Source of the DNA: Anolis carolinensis
Lineage: Eukaryota
Direction: 5' to 3'
Assembly (NCBI RefSeq): GCF_035594765.1
Contig: NC_085845.1
Span: 206,779,072 to 206,843,071 of the forward strand
Length of the DNA stretch: 64,000 bases
Positions within the stretch are counted from its first letter, which is position 1. Every line of letters begins with the position of its first letter. The notes under the pieces were generated by a model. The model saw only the letters and a list, made by a program, of their open reading frames with translations, searched no databases and was not told the origin of the DNA. Position numbers and translations under genes: made by a program. Positions 14,819 to 27,600 of this stretch are shown in pieces.

Positions 14819-15230
14819 CGTGGCGCTGGGCGAAGGGAGGGAGGGAGGAAGGAAGGAAGGAAGGAAGGGAACGAGGAGGCAGCCACGGAGGGAGGGAAAG
14901 AGGGCAGGAAGCCTGGCGCGGGCAGCCAATGACGGGGCGCCTCCCCGGGCCCCGCCCACCGCGCTCCGGCCCGGCCAATCCGCGCGGCGAGCGGCGCCCA
15001 AGGAGGGAAGGCAGCGCGTTCAAACCGCGGCGGGGGAGGGACTTCCGGGGCAGGCCGCCCGAAGGACACGTCGGCAGAGGCGCACGTGGGAGGCGCGCCT
15101 GCGCACAGGGAGGGGGCGGGGCCTCCCTCTGCGGCCACGCCCCCGCCCCGCCCCCTTCCGCCCAAGGGAGGCCCGACGGCGCGCACGCCCTCCTCCAGGG
15201 AAGAGCCCGCTGCCGACAGCCGGTTATTTA
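14560..15230 (-). promoter_or_regulatory. SND1 CpG-island promoter
   Basis: CpG-dense region around exon 1 with CCAAT boxes (~14925, ~14974), GC boxes, an ETS-type ACTTCCGG (~15041) and an NRF1-like GCGCCTGCGCA (~15095). Confidence 0.75.
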
Positions 15231-16898
15231 TTTATCATGTCGGAAGTCTATTGGGAATACAGTTATAATTCATTCAAAAACACAAATAAAGTGGTTGTGT
15301 GTTTTCCGGGCTGTCTGGCCACGTTCCAGAAGCATTCTCTCCTGACGTTTCGCCCACATCTATGGCAGGCATCCGGAGGAAAACGTCAGGAGACAATGCT
15401 TCTGGAACGTGGCCAAACAGCCCGGAAAACACACAGCAACCCTGTGATTCTGGCCATGAAAGCCCTTGTGCATGTGGCAGGGCTCAGGCTGCATGCTCCT
15501 CTCCACACTCACATCATATAATAATAATAATTATTATTATTGTTGTTGTTATTTATTTCTAGACTTCCCTCCCTCTCCAGAGGGACCCAGGGCGGTTAAC
15601 ATACATATAAACGGCAAACCTTCGATGCCACAACTACCTCACTTAATATCAAAAGTATAAAGTGATTATAACATACTCATAATAAAAAAATCCAAATTAG
15701 GAAACAAAGACAATAAATGTAAACATAACACTCAGTAAAAATATTATTGCACAGAGCGAGCATCTACCCGGACTGAATGAAATTACCAAGTGGCACAAAA
15801 TGTTCAGTATTCCTTGTAGTTAGACCATAGCTGCTATGGGGTGACAATTATGTTAATCGTTAATTATGTTGCAGAATCCACTTTGTGGCCCCATTTCCTC
15901 AGGTTGGCTCTGCATCTGGTGGTGCCTGAGCGCAGTCTGTTCAACGCCTTCCAAGTCGCCCAGTCTTCTGTGTGCCCAGGAGGGGGTTTTGGCACTGATT
16001 GAGGTTCTGGGTTTGAGCCTGCCACTTTTGGACTCTTGCTTGCCTGGGTGTTCCTGCGAGTAACTCTGTAGATCTTAGAAAGCTATTTCTTGCTTCAAGG
16101 TGTTGCCATGCTGGCTGATACCCAAACAGAGGATGGGCCGGAGATGTCAATGCCTTGGTCCTTTCATTGCTGGCTGCTACTTCCTGGCAGATGTCAGGTG
16201 GTGCAATACCAGGTAAACAGTATAATTTCTCCAGTCGTGTAGGCCGTAGACATCCTGTGGTAATGTGTCTCATTAAGAGTTACATCCACTGTTGTAACGT
16301 GGTGAGCTCTATTCCACACTGAGCATGCTTACTCAGCAGCAGAGGAGCAAAGCGCAAGGGCAGAGTCTTCACTTGTCTGGTTGTGATCCCCAGGTTGTGC
16401 CATTTAGCTTTCATACAATGTTATTTCCGGCACCCACTTTTGTGAGCTTCTTGTGAATCAGAGCGCGGTCCAGGGTGACTCCCGGGTATTTGGGTCTGCG
16501 GCTATGCGCCAATGGAATTAGAAGTCCAAAACACCAAGAGGGCCAAAGTTTGCCCATGCCTGGTTTAGCTCTACAGAAAACAGATCTGTTGCTAAACGTT
16601 TGGAACCCAGAAAATGAAAATATTTCAAAGCGAGAATAATAATTAGGAGAAAATAACTTCGAATCTTGGGAGGAGAGGCTGTTGTCATCTAGTCAATCAA
16701 TGTTGTTCTTTCATTTTATTATGTGTATTTTATAAATGTTTATTTTATTGTTTTAATTATATATGCTGTTACTGTGTTCTGTTTTTATTTGTTGATTCTT
16801 GGGCTCGGTCCCCATGTGAACTGTTCTGAGTCCTCTTGGGGAGATGGAGGCAAGTTATAAATAAAGTTTTTTATATTATTATTATTTTTATTATTATA

Positions 16899-17350
16899 CG
16901 AGGGTTATCCAGAAAGTAGATTACATTTTGGAATTAAAAATGAACAAAGTATAGGAGAAAACATTTACCATATGCAGTTGAAAGCCACACCCAAATACCA
17001 CTTCTCAACATAGTCCCCATTCAAACCTAGGCACTTACCATAGCGATGAATGAGCTTGGCAACTACTTCCCCACAAAACTCTGCCACTTGCGTCCTCAAC
17101 CAGCTGATCACCCCTTTCCGCAGCTGCGCATCGTCATCAAAACGCTGTGTTGAGGACGCAAGCGGCAGAGTTTTGTGGGGAAGGAGTTTCCAAGCTCATT
17201 CCTTGCTATGATAAGTGCCTAGATTTGAGTGGCGACTATGTTGAGAACTGGTATTTGAATGAGGCATTCAACTGCATATGGTAAATGTTTTCTCCTATAC
17301 TTTGTTCATTTTTAATTCCAAAACGTAATCTACTTTCTGGATAACCCTTG
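16899..17350. mobile_element. Palindromic mariner-derived MITE
   Basis: TA|CGAGGGTTATCCAGAAAGTAGATTAC ... GTAATCTACTTTCTGGATAACCCTTG|TA; the arms are inverted copies over ~200 bp. Confidence 0.8.
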
Positions 17351-18394
17351 TAGCTCTTTTTTCTCTTCTTGGTCTCAGATATTTTGTAGCTTTCTTTTTA
17401 AAATAACTCTACTATCCACACGGAGTCTCCCCCTTTCCTCCACCTTTTCTAACCTGTTGGTAATCAATTGTGCCTGTAATTCAGCCATGAAGGCCCCCCT
17501 TCACCTGGCAGGAGGGCCAAAGGTGGCCCAGGGCTGCTATAATGGGTTTGTACGCTTGAAGAGACCTCAAGGGCCACCCACCCATCCGTCCATCCACCCA
17601 GCCCGCCCCCCCCCCCCTTCTTTCGATGAGGCAGGAAGGCACCATCCCAAGCTTCCCGGTAGATCCTCACGTCTCTCCTCTGCTTGAAATCTTCAAGGAA
17701 GGAGGCTCCCCTGTAAGACGGCAGAAGATTCCTCTGAATACCTTTCCCACCTTTAATAATAATAATAATAAAACTTTATTTATACCCCGCCACCATCTCC
17801 CCAATGGGGACTCGGGGCGGCTTACATGGGGCCATGCCCAAGACAATACAATAAACCATAACATAATACAATTAAATAATACATTACATAAAATAAACAG
17901 TACAACATAAGATCAAAACAGCAATATAACACGAGCGGGCCGCATGAATACTACATTTAAAAACTAGATTAAAACTAGATTAAAAACTCCCTTTGAAGGG
18001 AGTTCCTTCCCACAAGGAAGCTGAGTCTCCTCTGCTGGATTTGGACGACTGGAATGGCACAAGGTCCAGAAACTATGACTCTCTCTAAGGGTTCAGGGGC
18101 TCTTTGCCCCGGAGGAAAAAAGGCCGAGGGAGGGAGGGAAGGAGGGGCATGTGCCCCGATGTTGGAAGGGCCCGCCGTGGAGTCCAATGGCGCCTCCTTC
18201 CCCGGGAGCAGACTTCGGGTGGTCCCGAGGGGAAGGGGTCTCTTCCAAGTGGATGGCACTCCCATTCCTTTGCCTTCTAAAAGACCAGGAGCAACCCAGA
18301 GAGTTGCCCACTGGCCTTCTTCCACGAGAGAATTCGTCACAGAGGGTTCTCCCAGGCAGGAAGCAGCCAGGCCTTGAAGCTGTGAGACTATTCA

Positions 18395-18625
18395 ATACTG
18401 ATCAAGCTGGCCCATGGCAACGTTCACGCTGGCCTCCAACAGACAAGTCCTTTCTTTCTTTCTCTCATCCTGGACATCATTCCACAGGGATATATATATA
18501 AACCCCACCTGCCCAGTTTCCGACAGACCTCACAACCTCTGAGGATGCCTGCCATAGATGTGGGCGAGACGTCAGGAGAGAATGCTTCTGGGACATGGCT
18601 AGGCAGCCCGGAAAACTCACAGAGG
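18395..18625 (-). mobile_element. Penelope-like element terminal fragment; relatives at ~2590-2800, ~15292-15465, ~41075-41180, ~45960-46100 and ~63965-64000
   Basis: Shared GGCCATGTTCCAGAAGCATTCTCTCCTGACGTTTCGCCCACATCTATGGCAGGCATCCTCAGAGG core, often in inverted pairs, carrying a hammerhead-like motif. Confidence 0.65.
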
Positions 18626-18744
18626 CCTAGGGCCGGGCCCCAGCCCCCTCCCCTCCCCCCTCCTCCTTTCTCCGCGGAAAGCGGGTCCCAGGGCCTCCCG
18701 TCGGGGCTGATCCCGGAGGAGGGGGAGGGGGAGGGAGGAGGGCT

Positions 18745-18769
18745 GGTTAATGTGTAATGGGGCCAGATG
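18745..18769 (+). promoter_or_regulatory. Putative PAX4 pancreatic enhancer: HNF1-like site next to a NEUROG3/NEUROD-type E-box
   Basis: GGTTAATGTGTAAT (18745-18758) followed by CAGATG (18764-18769), an AT-rich island in GC-rich DNA ~950 bp upstream of the PAX4 ATG. Confidence 0.5.
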
Positions 18770-19014
18770 GCGGATCCCTCCACCCGGGGGAGGGGGCGGG
18801 GGGCGCCCAATGGGGAGGCAGCGAGGGAGGGAGGAAGGGGGGAGGGTCCGGGCCTGGCGCTCGACGGGAGGCAAAGGGAAGCGGGAGGCGGCTCGCCCGG
18901 CTGTTGTTTGCTCGCCAAATATTGTCCCGAAGGGACCATCTGGGCCGGAGGGGGGGCGGGGGCAGGAGGGACAGCCCCTTCCCCCTCCCACAAGGCAGAG
19001 GCGCCGCCGGGAAG

Positions 19015-19068
19015 GGAAGAGAAGAGAAGAGAAGAGAAGAGAAGAGAAGAGAAGAGAAGAGAAGAGAA
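19015..19068 (+). repeat. (GAAGA)n microsatellite
   Basis: About 10 tandem units. Confidence 0.9.
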
Positions 19069-19715
19069 GGAGCCGCAGGAGTCCCGTCCCTTCCCTCCTT
19101 CCGTGCCTTGGGAGCGCCCCTCCCCGCCTTCCTTGGAGACCCCCCAGGGAGGTGAGAAGGAGGGACACCGAGGAGGGAGGGGGGAGGAGAGGGGAAGGAG
19201 AAAAGGAAGGAAGGAAGGGAGGGAGGGAGGGAGGCAGGGCAGCCCGAGGAGGAGGACGAGGAAGGCAGGGTCCCGCGGGGCAGCCCCGACGGCGCCCGCC
19301 CTGGGTCCGCCTCCCTCCCTCCCTGCCTGCCTGCCTGCCTCCCTCTCCGCCGCTCCGTCCTCGGCCTCTCGGGGCGCCGCTGCCCCGTCCGGGGAAGAAA
19401 GAGAAGGCAAGGAGGGAGGGAGGGAGGGAGGCGCAAAGGGAGCCGAGGATGGAGGAAGGCAGGGCGGGGCGCTGTCCAGAGCGAAGGTGCTGAAGCCGCG
19501 CCGCCCGGGAGACGCTGCGCCTCCCGACCCGACGGCGAGCAGGGAAGGACGGAGGGAGAGAAGGGAGGGAGGGAAGGAGGCAAAGTCTGCGACGTCAAGG
19601 GAGGGAAGTCGAGTCCCCTCACACACACCCCTCCGCCCTTTCCCTCTAGGAAGGAAGGAAGGAAGGAAGGAAGAGGAAGAAGAGGAGGAAGAAGAAGCGG
19701 GTTCCCGGTGCCGGG

Positions 19716-22700
19716 ATGCAGGGTAGGCCCGCCCCTCCGCCCCCCCCCCCTTGCCACGGAGACCCTGAAACTGCGCGAGTGTGTGTCGGGGGGAGGGGGG
19801 CTCTGGGTACCTCTCCCCCTGCGCCCCCTCCCACCTCCTCCCCGGGAAGTCCTTTTGGAAGGAAGGAAGGGAGGGAGAGGGGAGGGAGGGAGGGAGGGCA
19901 GCCTTGCACCAGGGGATTATCCCCAAAACATAACATTCAAGGCGTCCACGTGTGCCGTCAAGCGCAGCCCAAAACTCCGAGCTGGATTAGCGAAGTCCGC
20001 AGCGGAGGTGAGAAATGGGACCGGGGATAGTGTGGGGTGATCCGAGTCAGGCATGGTTCTCGTTATCCCGTCGCTGCGAGTGTCATTTTAGAGACCCCAA
20101 CGAGTGCCCCCTCCTTCCTTCCTGTCCCTCTCCCTCCTGGCAGGGGGGCCGTGGGGCGTGAACCAGCGCGGGGGCGTGTTCGTGGCGGGCGCGCCCCTCC
20201 CGGAGGCCACGCGGCGGAGGATGGCGCTGCTGGCCGCCCTCGGGGAGAGCCCCTCCCGCATCGCCCGGCGCCTCAAGGTCAGCGCGGGGCAGGGGGCGGG
20301 GAGGGAGGGGGAGGGAGGGGCGGGAGGGGCTCCGGGGACCGCGCCCGCCCTCACCCCCTCGCCGTCCCCTGGGCGTTCAGGTCTCGGAGGGCAGCGTGAG
20401 CCAGATCCTGGGCCGCTTCCGCCGGACGGGGTCCCTGCAGCCCCGGGCGCTCCGAGGGGGGCGCCCCCGCTCCTCCGCCGCCGCCGCCCCCGCCCTCGCC
20501 GCCCTCCTCGCCGCCCCCGGCGCCCCGACCCGACCCTCCGCCCCGGACCTGCGACGGCGCCTCCGCGAAGAAGGCCTCTGCCCCGACGAAGCGGCGCTGC
20601 CCAGCGTAAGTAGGGAGGGGGAAGGGGAGGGGGTCCCTCTCTTGCGGACTAGGGGGGGGGGTGTTTGGGGAGCTGCTCTCCAACAGCCAAAGGCTCAAAC
20701 TCGGCCAGAAGTGTGGAAGCCCCCGGCCCCGCTCCCTCCCGAGTGGCGGGCTGCAGGGAAGGGTATTTCCACGCCATCGCATTAGACGTCACAAAATCCG
20801 ACCACGTTCCCTGGTTTGAAAGTGTTGTTTTCTGTCTAATGGTGTCGTCCTTACTTTGCAAGTAGCGGTGATGTCCGAGAAATTCCATTTTCCTGCCTGG
20901 CGGAGGGTGGTCCTATCATTTCCTTCATCCAGACCAGGCATAGAAATGCATTCTGGGTAGGAAAGGTCTTGGAGCTCACTAGCTTACTAATCTCATCTTC
21001 TAAAGGGTAAAAAGCCCATGCGGCTGCATTCTGCCGAGGGAGGGGCCCAATGTGCACCCTCCTCGCAGGGAGAAAGAAAGGCGAATGGCCGCAGGGCCAG
21101 CCCAGGGCAGCAAAACTTTAAATGGAAGTTGCCTCATAGGATTCCATTGCTACATCATCAAAGGGGGGGGGGGAGTGGCTGGCAGGAGGGAGAAAGAGAA
21201 AGCCCTTTTGGGAAACATGCATAAGAATGTGGGGGAGGGATCCCTCAGCTTTCTGGCCTGGCTCCTCGTTGAGGACCGGACCCTTGATGGCACAAGAGAC
21301 TTGTGCACTTCAAGGATGAGACTTTATTTCTTCCCCACCATCTCCCCCAGGGACTGGGATGGGCTTACAAAGAGCACACAAAGATGCTAACCACGAAATA
21401 CATAATACAGCAGAGTCTCACTTATCCAACATAAACCGGCTGGCAGAACATTGGATAAGCGAAAATGTTGGATAATAAGGAGGGATTAAGAAAAAAGCCC
21501 ATTAAACATAAAATTACATTATGATTTTACACATTAAGCACCAAAACATCATGTTTTACAAGAAATTGACAGAAAAAGCAGTTCAGTACACAGTAATGTT
21601 ATGTAGTAATTACTGTGTTTACGAATTTAGCACCAAAGTATTGCAACATTGACAACAAAAACATTGACAAGGCTGACTGCGTTGGATAATACAGAACACT
21701 GGATAAGCGAAACTTGGATAAGTGAGACTCTATTGTACATAATTTCCCTGAATGAAAATAGGCCATTCCAAACCTTTCAGTGTGCAAACCTTTAAACGAC
21801 CACAAAGATCAACTTTGGGCAGTTTAAATAAACTTTCTTCCCGTGAGGAAATAATGACCTTGAGAACCCAGGAGCCAAACGCTTCGTGTCAGGGAGTGCA
21901 ATGGGGAAGAGAGGAAGGAGCAGGGGGGGGGGGCGGGGGCGGGGGGGGGGGCGAAGCAGGCCTGGTGGGGGTCACGAGGCCCCAGGGAGGGCGGGGCCTG
22001 GGACCCAGGGCTCCCTCCTCCTCGCCCTCCCCCTCCTCCTCCCGCCTCTCTCTCCCTCCCTCCCCAGGTCTCCTCCATCCGCCGCCTCCTCCGGAGCCTG
22101 GAGAGCGGCGCCCCGGTCCCGGTCCCGCGGGGCCCCCCGCCTCCTCCTGCGTCGGAAGGTGAGGGAGGGGCCCCGAGTGGGAGGGTCTGGGGGCGGGGCT
22201 TGCCCGGCGGAATGTCTCACGCCCCGCCCCTTTGCCTGGCAGGAGGTGGAGGGGGCGCCCCCCGGCCCCCCCGCCGGAGCAAGACGGCCTTCTCCCCGCG
22301 GCAGCGCCGGGCCCTCGAGGCGGGTGAGTGAGCGAGCGAGCGAGCGAGCGAGAGAGAGAGAGAGAGAGAGAGAGAGCGGGGCGCAGGCGGGCGCCTGGAC
22401 GGCAACCTCCGAGCAGGCCTGTAGCCAGGATTTTGCTCCGGGAGGGGCTGGGATTTTGGTTGGGGGGGGGGGGGCTGAGTCTGAGCGGGAGAGGGTCTAC
22501 CCTAGCAAACCTTTTGCATCATTGTCCCAATATCCCCATTCATATGGGATAATATATGGAGCATGGGGATCAGATCATGATATGAATAAACATAACAGTT
22601 TAAATAATAAATGTAAGGCCTTCTCAAGAACCACCTTGAGAATTTCGGGGGGGGGGGGCAGAAGCCCCTCAAGCCCCCCTCCCTGGCTACATGCTTGCCT

Positions 22701-22979
22701 CCGAGGGTGTCCCTGTTCCTCGAAGGGGCTTCTTCCTCCCGCAGCCTTCCAGCGCGGCCCCTACCCGGAGGCGTCCGCGCGAGCGAAGCTGGCCCAGGAG
22801 GCGGGGCTGCCCCTCCCCGCCGTCACCGTGAGTCGCCCTCCCCCTCCCCCTCCCCCCGGGCCCTGGGCCTCGACTGCCCCTCCCCCGCTGACCCCTCTCC
22901 TCCCCCCAGGCCTGGTTCTCCAACCGGAGGGCTCGACGGCGGAGGGAAGCCCAGGCCGCCCTGGACCCCGAGGACCCCG
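19716..22979 (+). CDS. PAX4: PAX4 (paired domain + homeodomain), highly divergent; the terminal exon is uncertain (candidate from 24435)
   Basis: Exons: 19716-19722 (ATG CAG G|GT), 20144-20277 (GVNQRGGVFVAGAPLPEATRRRM...IARRLK), 20381-20605 (VSEGSVSQILGRFRRTGSLQP...LPS), 22068-22158 (VSSIRRLLRSL...), 22243-22323 (RRSKTAFSPRQRRALEA), 22745-22827 (FQRGPYPEASARAKLA..., 83 nt), 22910-22979 (AWFSNRRARRRRE..., 70 nt). All GT-AG with a continuous frame and PAX4/6-type intron positions. It lies between SND1 and FSCN3, as mammalian PAX4 does. Confidence 0.9.
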
Positions 22980-23402
22980 GTAAGGGTAAGGAAGGCCCAC
23001 GGGGGGGGGGGGGGAGGGGGCGACACACCTGAGCGGGAAGGGAACCGGGGCATGTTCACCACCCGTCGCATCCGGTTCTCTTGCTATTCTGTTTTACAGC
23101 CAGATACAGGGCCGTAGAGAGAGAAAAAATTTCGGGAGTGGTTTTGAACATTTCGGGGTGGGTTGAACCCCTGACCCACCCGCCCCCCGGGTTCAGACCT
23201 GTCAATATCTGCTTGAGATAGTGCCTGGAGGGACTCTTAATTTTTTGCGTCTCATAGACTTTGCATGGGGATTTGGTTAACCAGTTAAAATCCATGAGTA
23301 AACCAAGTTTTTTTTTAACTGAAAAATTTGGGGGGGGGGGTTGAACCCCTAACCACCACCACCACCACCACCATCCCGGCTACAGGTCTGGCCAGCTATA
23401 TA

Positions 23403-23713
23403 CAGTAGAGTCTCACTTATCCAACCTAAATGGGCCGGCAGAACCTTGGATAAGCGAATATCTTGGTTAATAAGGAGGGATTAAACATCAAATTAGGTTA
23501 TGGTTTTACAAATTAAGCACCAAAACATCATGTTAGACAACAAATCTGACAGAAAAAGTAGTTCAACGCGTTAGTAATGTTATGTTGTAATTACTGTATT
23601 TATGAATTTAGCACCAAAATATCACAATACATATTGAAAGCATTGACTACAAAAATGCCTTGGATAATCCAGAACCTTGGATAAATGAGTCTTGGATAAG
23701 TGAGACTCTACTG
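23403..23713. mobile_element. Tc1/mariner-type MITE in a PAX4 intron
   Basis: TA|CAGTAGAGTCTCACTTATCCAA ... TTGGATAAGTGAGACTCTACTG|TA. Confidence 0.85.
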
Positions 23714-24696
23714 TATATATTTTAAGGTGGGGGTGCAGTGAAAGGCCATCACAGGCAAACTTCGGCTCTCTAGGTGTTCTGGACTTCAACTCCCACAATT
23801 CCTAAAAGCCTCAAATCATAGAGTTGGAAGAGACCTGGTGGGCCACCCAGTCCACCCCCAAACTGCTAAGAAGCAGGAAAATCGCCTCCAAAGCACCCCC
23901 GGCAGATGGCCATCCAGCCTGTTTCAAAGCCCCCAAAGAAGGAGCCTCCCTCCACCACACTCCCGCTTGGGCAGAGAGTTCCACTGCTGAACAGCTCTCT
24001 CTCACACACACACAGCCAGAAGTTCTTCCTCATGTTCAGGTGGAATCTCTTTCCTTTCCTGTCGTTTGAAGCCTTTCTTTCCTTTCCTTTCCTTTCTTGA
24101 GGGGGGAGAAGGGGGGGCCTGTTAGGAACTGGGGGAGTGGGAAGTCCAAAACACCTGGAGGGAGGGCCAGAGTGGGCCCAGGCCTGGTAGTAGAGCACCT
24201 GTGCCAACACTTGGCGACTGGGAATCTTTAGCGCAGGTTCAGTGAGCTGGCCTTCCCCTGAACCAAGTGGAGCCAAGGAGCGTTGCTTCCTGCATTAAAG
24301 CGGAAAGCAGGCTGCACTGTGGACACTCGGTGGGGCTGGGGTCTCCATCACCACAGGGAGGGGGAGGGGAGCCCGCTCGGGGGTCTTCCTGCCAGAATGC
24401 CCCCTCACCCCGCCCCCTTCTTGCTCTCCCCCAGGAGGGGGTCTCTGCTCCGGCTCCTCCTGCTGCTTCTGGTCCGGAGAGGAAGTGGCCGTGCCACCGT
24501 GCCCCTGCTGCCCCCCCCCCCCCGACGGAAGGAAGCCCCCCCTGCCTTGACCTCTGCCCTGCAAGTTGGGGCCTTCAATGACTGACTGTGAACCTCGTGG
24601 TGTGTGGGGGGCGGTGTATTTTATTCTCTCTCTCTCTCTTCCTGGGGCGTCTCCTTCCTTCCTTCCTTCCTTCCTTCCTTCTTCGTGTCCTTCCTC

Positions 24697-27600
24697 CTAG
24701 AATTCCCAGAGGCATTGGTGGGGGTCGTGGGCGTCTGCGCAGAGGGCCCCCCGGTGGTCCCCCCGCACGTACAGCCCGTTGGGGGCCAGGAGGGCCAGGC
24801 GGTGGGGGCCGCGCAGCTCCAGGCAGAAGTTCAGGGCCGCGCGCCCCCCGCAGAACAGCGCCCCCTCCGCGCCCAGGCCCCAGAAGCCCTTCCCGCGGCC
24901 TGAGAGGGGGGGAGAGAGGGAGAGAGGGGGGGTGAGTGCCTCTGGGGCCAGGCCACGCCCCTCCCACCCCAACCCCCGCCCCCGCCCCCGCCCCCCGCCT
25001 CTTACTGCGGAGGTGGTAGACGCCCCTGGCGCAGGGGAGCAGCTCCACCACGTCGGGCTCCAGGAGGTCCCCGCGGAGGGGCGGCAGCAGGAGGCCCCGC
25101 TTCGGGGGGGAGGAGGGGGGCGAGGGGGGCCCCCGGCTGCCCACGAAGCCCCTCGCCCCGCGCAGCACCACGAAGGGCCGGTCGGCCAGGCGCAGCCAGA
25201 ACTCCTCTCTGGGGCCTGCGAGGGAGGGAGGGAGGAAGCGAGGAGGAGGGAGGGAGGGGGCACGTGGGGACGCCCCCCGAGGGAAGAGCCCCCCCCCCGC
25301 CCCGCCCGCACACTCACCTGGCTCGGCGGCGGTGGCGCGCACCCTCCCGCGGGGCCCCGTGCCCAGGAAGCGCCCGTCGGCGGCGCGCAGGAAGACGGTC
25401 CCGCAGAGCCAGAGCGCGCGGAAGAGGGTCGCCGGGTCCCGCGCCTCGCCGTCCGCCCTCACCGCCCCGGAGCCCCGCTGCAGGCCACGGAGGGAGCGGG
25501 GGGGGGGGGGGAGAAAGGAGGCACATTTGAGGGGAGGGAGGGAGGGAGGGAGCCCAGTCGCGCACTCGGTCTGGGAGAAGAAGGGCCTCCCCGCCCTCGC
25601 GCGCCCGCTCACTGCGCCCTCCGCAGGCCAGCGGCACCTCCCAGGGTTGAGCTACACCCGTGCCTCTCAACCTGGCGGTCAGGACCCCGGGGGGGGGGGT
25701 CGCGAGGGGGTGCCAAAGGGGTCACAGAAAACACATATTTCTGATGGTCTTGGGCTAAAGATCTCTCCGCCTGCCCTTTTTGGAAACACATGGCGAATCC
25801 TCCCACCAAAAGCCCTCCTGCTGCTGTGACTGGATGCAGGGAGAACCACAATTACCATCATGTTGGGTCAGTTCTCTCTCCCCCCCCCCAAAAAAAAACC
25901 CCCCCTCCACCAGTATTCAAAGTTGGTCATATTGGGTATTTGTCCCAAGCTTGGTCCAGATCCATCATTGTTTGGAGTCCACAGTGCTCTCTGGATGTAG
26001 GTGAACTACAACTCCCAAACTTAAGGCCAATGCCCACCAAACCCTTCCAGTATATCCTGCTGGTCAAGGGAGTTCTGTGTGCCAAGTTTGGTTCAATTCT
26101 ATTGTGGGGTCGGCCCTAACTCTCTTATATAGAAATGCAGTTCAAGACAGTCTTTTGTAACTTTGAAGAAGGATGGGCCTCTGTGCTGGTCAAAACAGCA
26201 GAACGGTGAGAGAAGGACAAAGAAGCAGAGAAGGAAAAAGCTTGCCCACACATGCTTAGAAACTTTAGAAATGAAAGGGCCAAGTTGCAGCTCAGTGGTG
26301 CGGCACTTTCATTGCCAACCTCACCGATGTTTGTCCAAATAAATCTGTTAGGGATTACTGTGAATTTTTCAGGCTTTATGGCCATGTTCTGGTAGCATTC
26401 TCTCCTGGCGTTTGATCTGTTGGGGAACTAATAATCATAATGGCGTGTCTGTATGTCCTGTCTTTCCTCTCTTCCTTCTCATCAGTTTTATGATTACCCC
26501 CCCACCCCCCAATTAACATTTGCATGGGTCTTTGAGCATCTTCTAGAAAGGTGGTTGACAATCCTTTTGAAGTTAAAAGTTGTAAAAGAGGGGTCCCCTT
26601 TGTTCCCCTGTCTCTCTCTCTCTCTGTGTGCTCTCTTAGTTTGAGTTCTGCTCCAGTTCAGGTCCAGTTGTGTCGTTTGCAGGCAGCATGGCCTGCTTTT
26701 TGGGCCTATGCTCAAGCCGAGAAATCTACCTTTTGTTCTTTATCCTTTTTGGAATGTACTTTTGATATACTGCAATGAAGTTACCTGTACCTGTGTGATC
26801 CTTTGCACAAGCTTTCATGAGTAAACTGTTTTATGACATCAACCAGTTGATGTGGTGTTTTTGATTTGGCACACTGAATACATTTTGGTTGTGTGCATGT
26901 GTGCGAGTGCTGTGATTAACTGCTTTGATAAGCTTAACTCTGCCAGTTCCTTTTTTAAAAAGCAAACTCTCCTAAGTTTATACTGTCACAATGAAATATG
27001 GTGTATGGTTTGAATGGAATTGTATGAAAGATGAATGAATGAGAACTAATACTGTATATACTCGAGTATAAGCCTAGTTTTTCAGCCCTTTTTTAAGACT
27101 GAAAAAGCCCCCCTCGGCTTATACTCGGGTGAGGGTCCTGGTTGGCTTATATTTGGGTCAGCTCATACTCCAGAATATATGGTACATTTATTATTTTTCT
27201 CTGTTATTATTGGTATTATTACATTTATTATTTGTCTCTATTATTGTTGCTACTATTACATTTATTTTACTCCATTTTATTATTATTATTAATACATTTA
27301 TTATTTCACTCTGATCTTCTTCTTCTTATTATTGCATTTATTATTTTACTCTATTTATTATTACATGTATTATTTTCCTGTATTTATTATTATTAGTATT
27401 ACATGTATTATTTTACTCTATTATTATTAAAAGGATACATAATCACATTTAATACATGATGTAATACAATATAATAATAATAATACACTATTATAATTGT
27501 ATATTTATAGTACATGTAATATTACTAATAATATTACAATACACTGTTATAGTACAATATAGCAATATATAATGCTTTTATTGTGCTGTGTTAATAATAT

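Noticed and set aside
18424-19926. 500-aa - strand ORF and overlapping long ORFs
   Set aside because: Low-complexity GC-rich and microsatellite sequence depleted of stop codons; no recognisable domain
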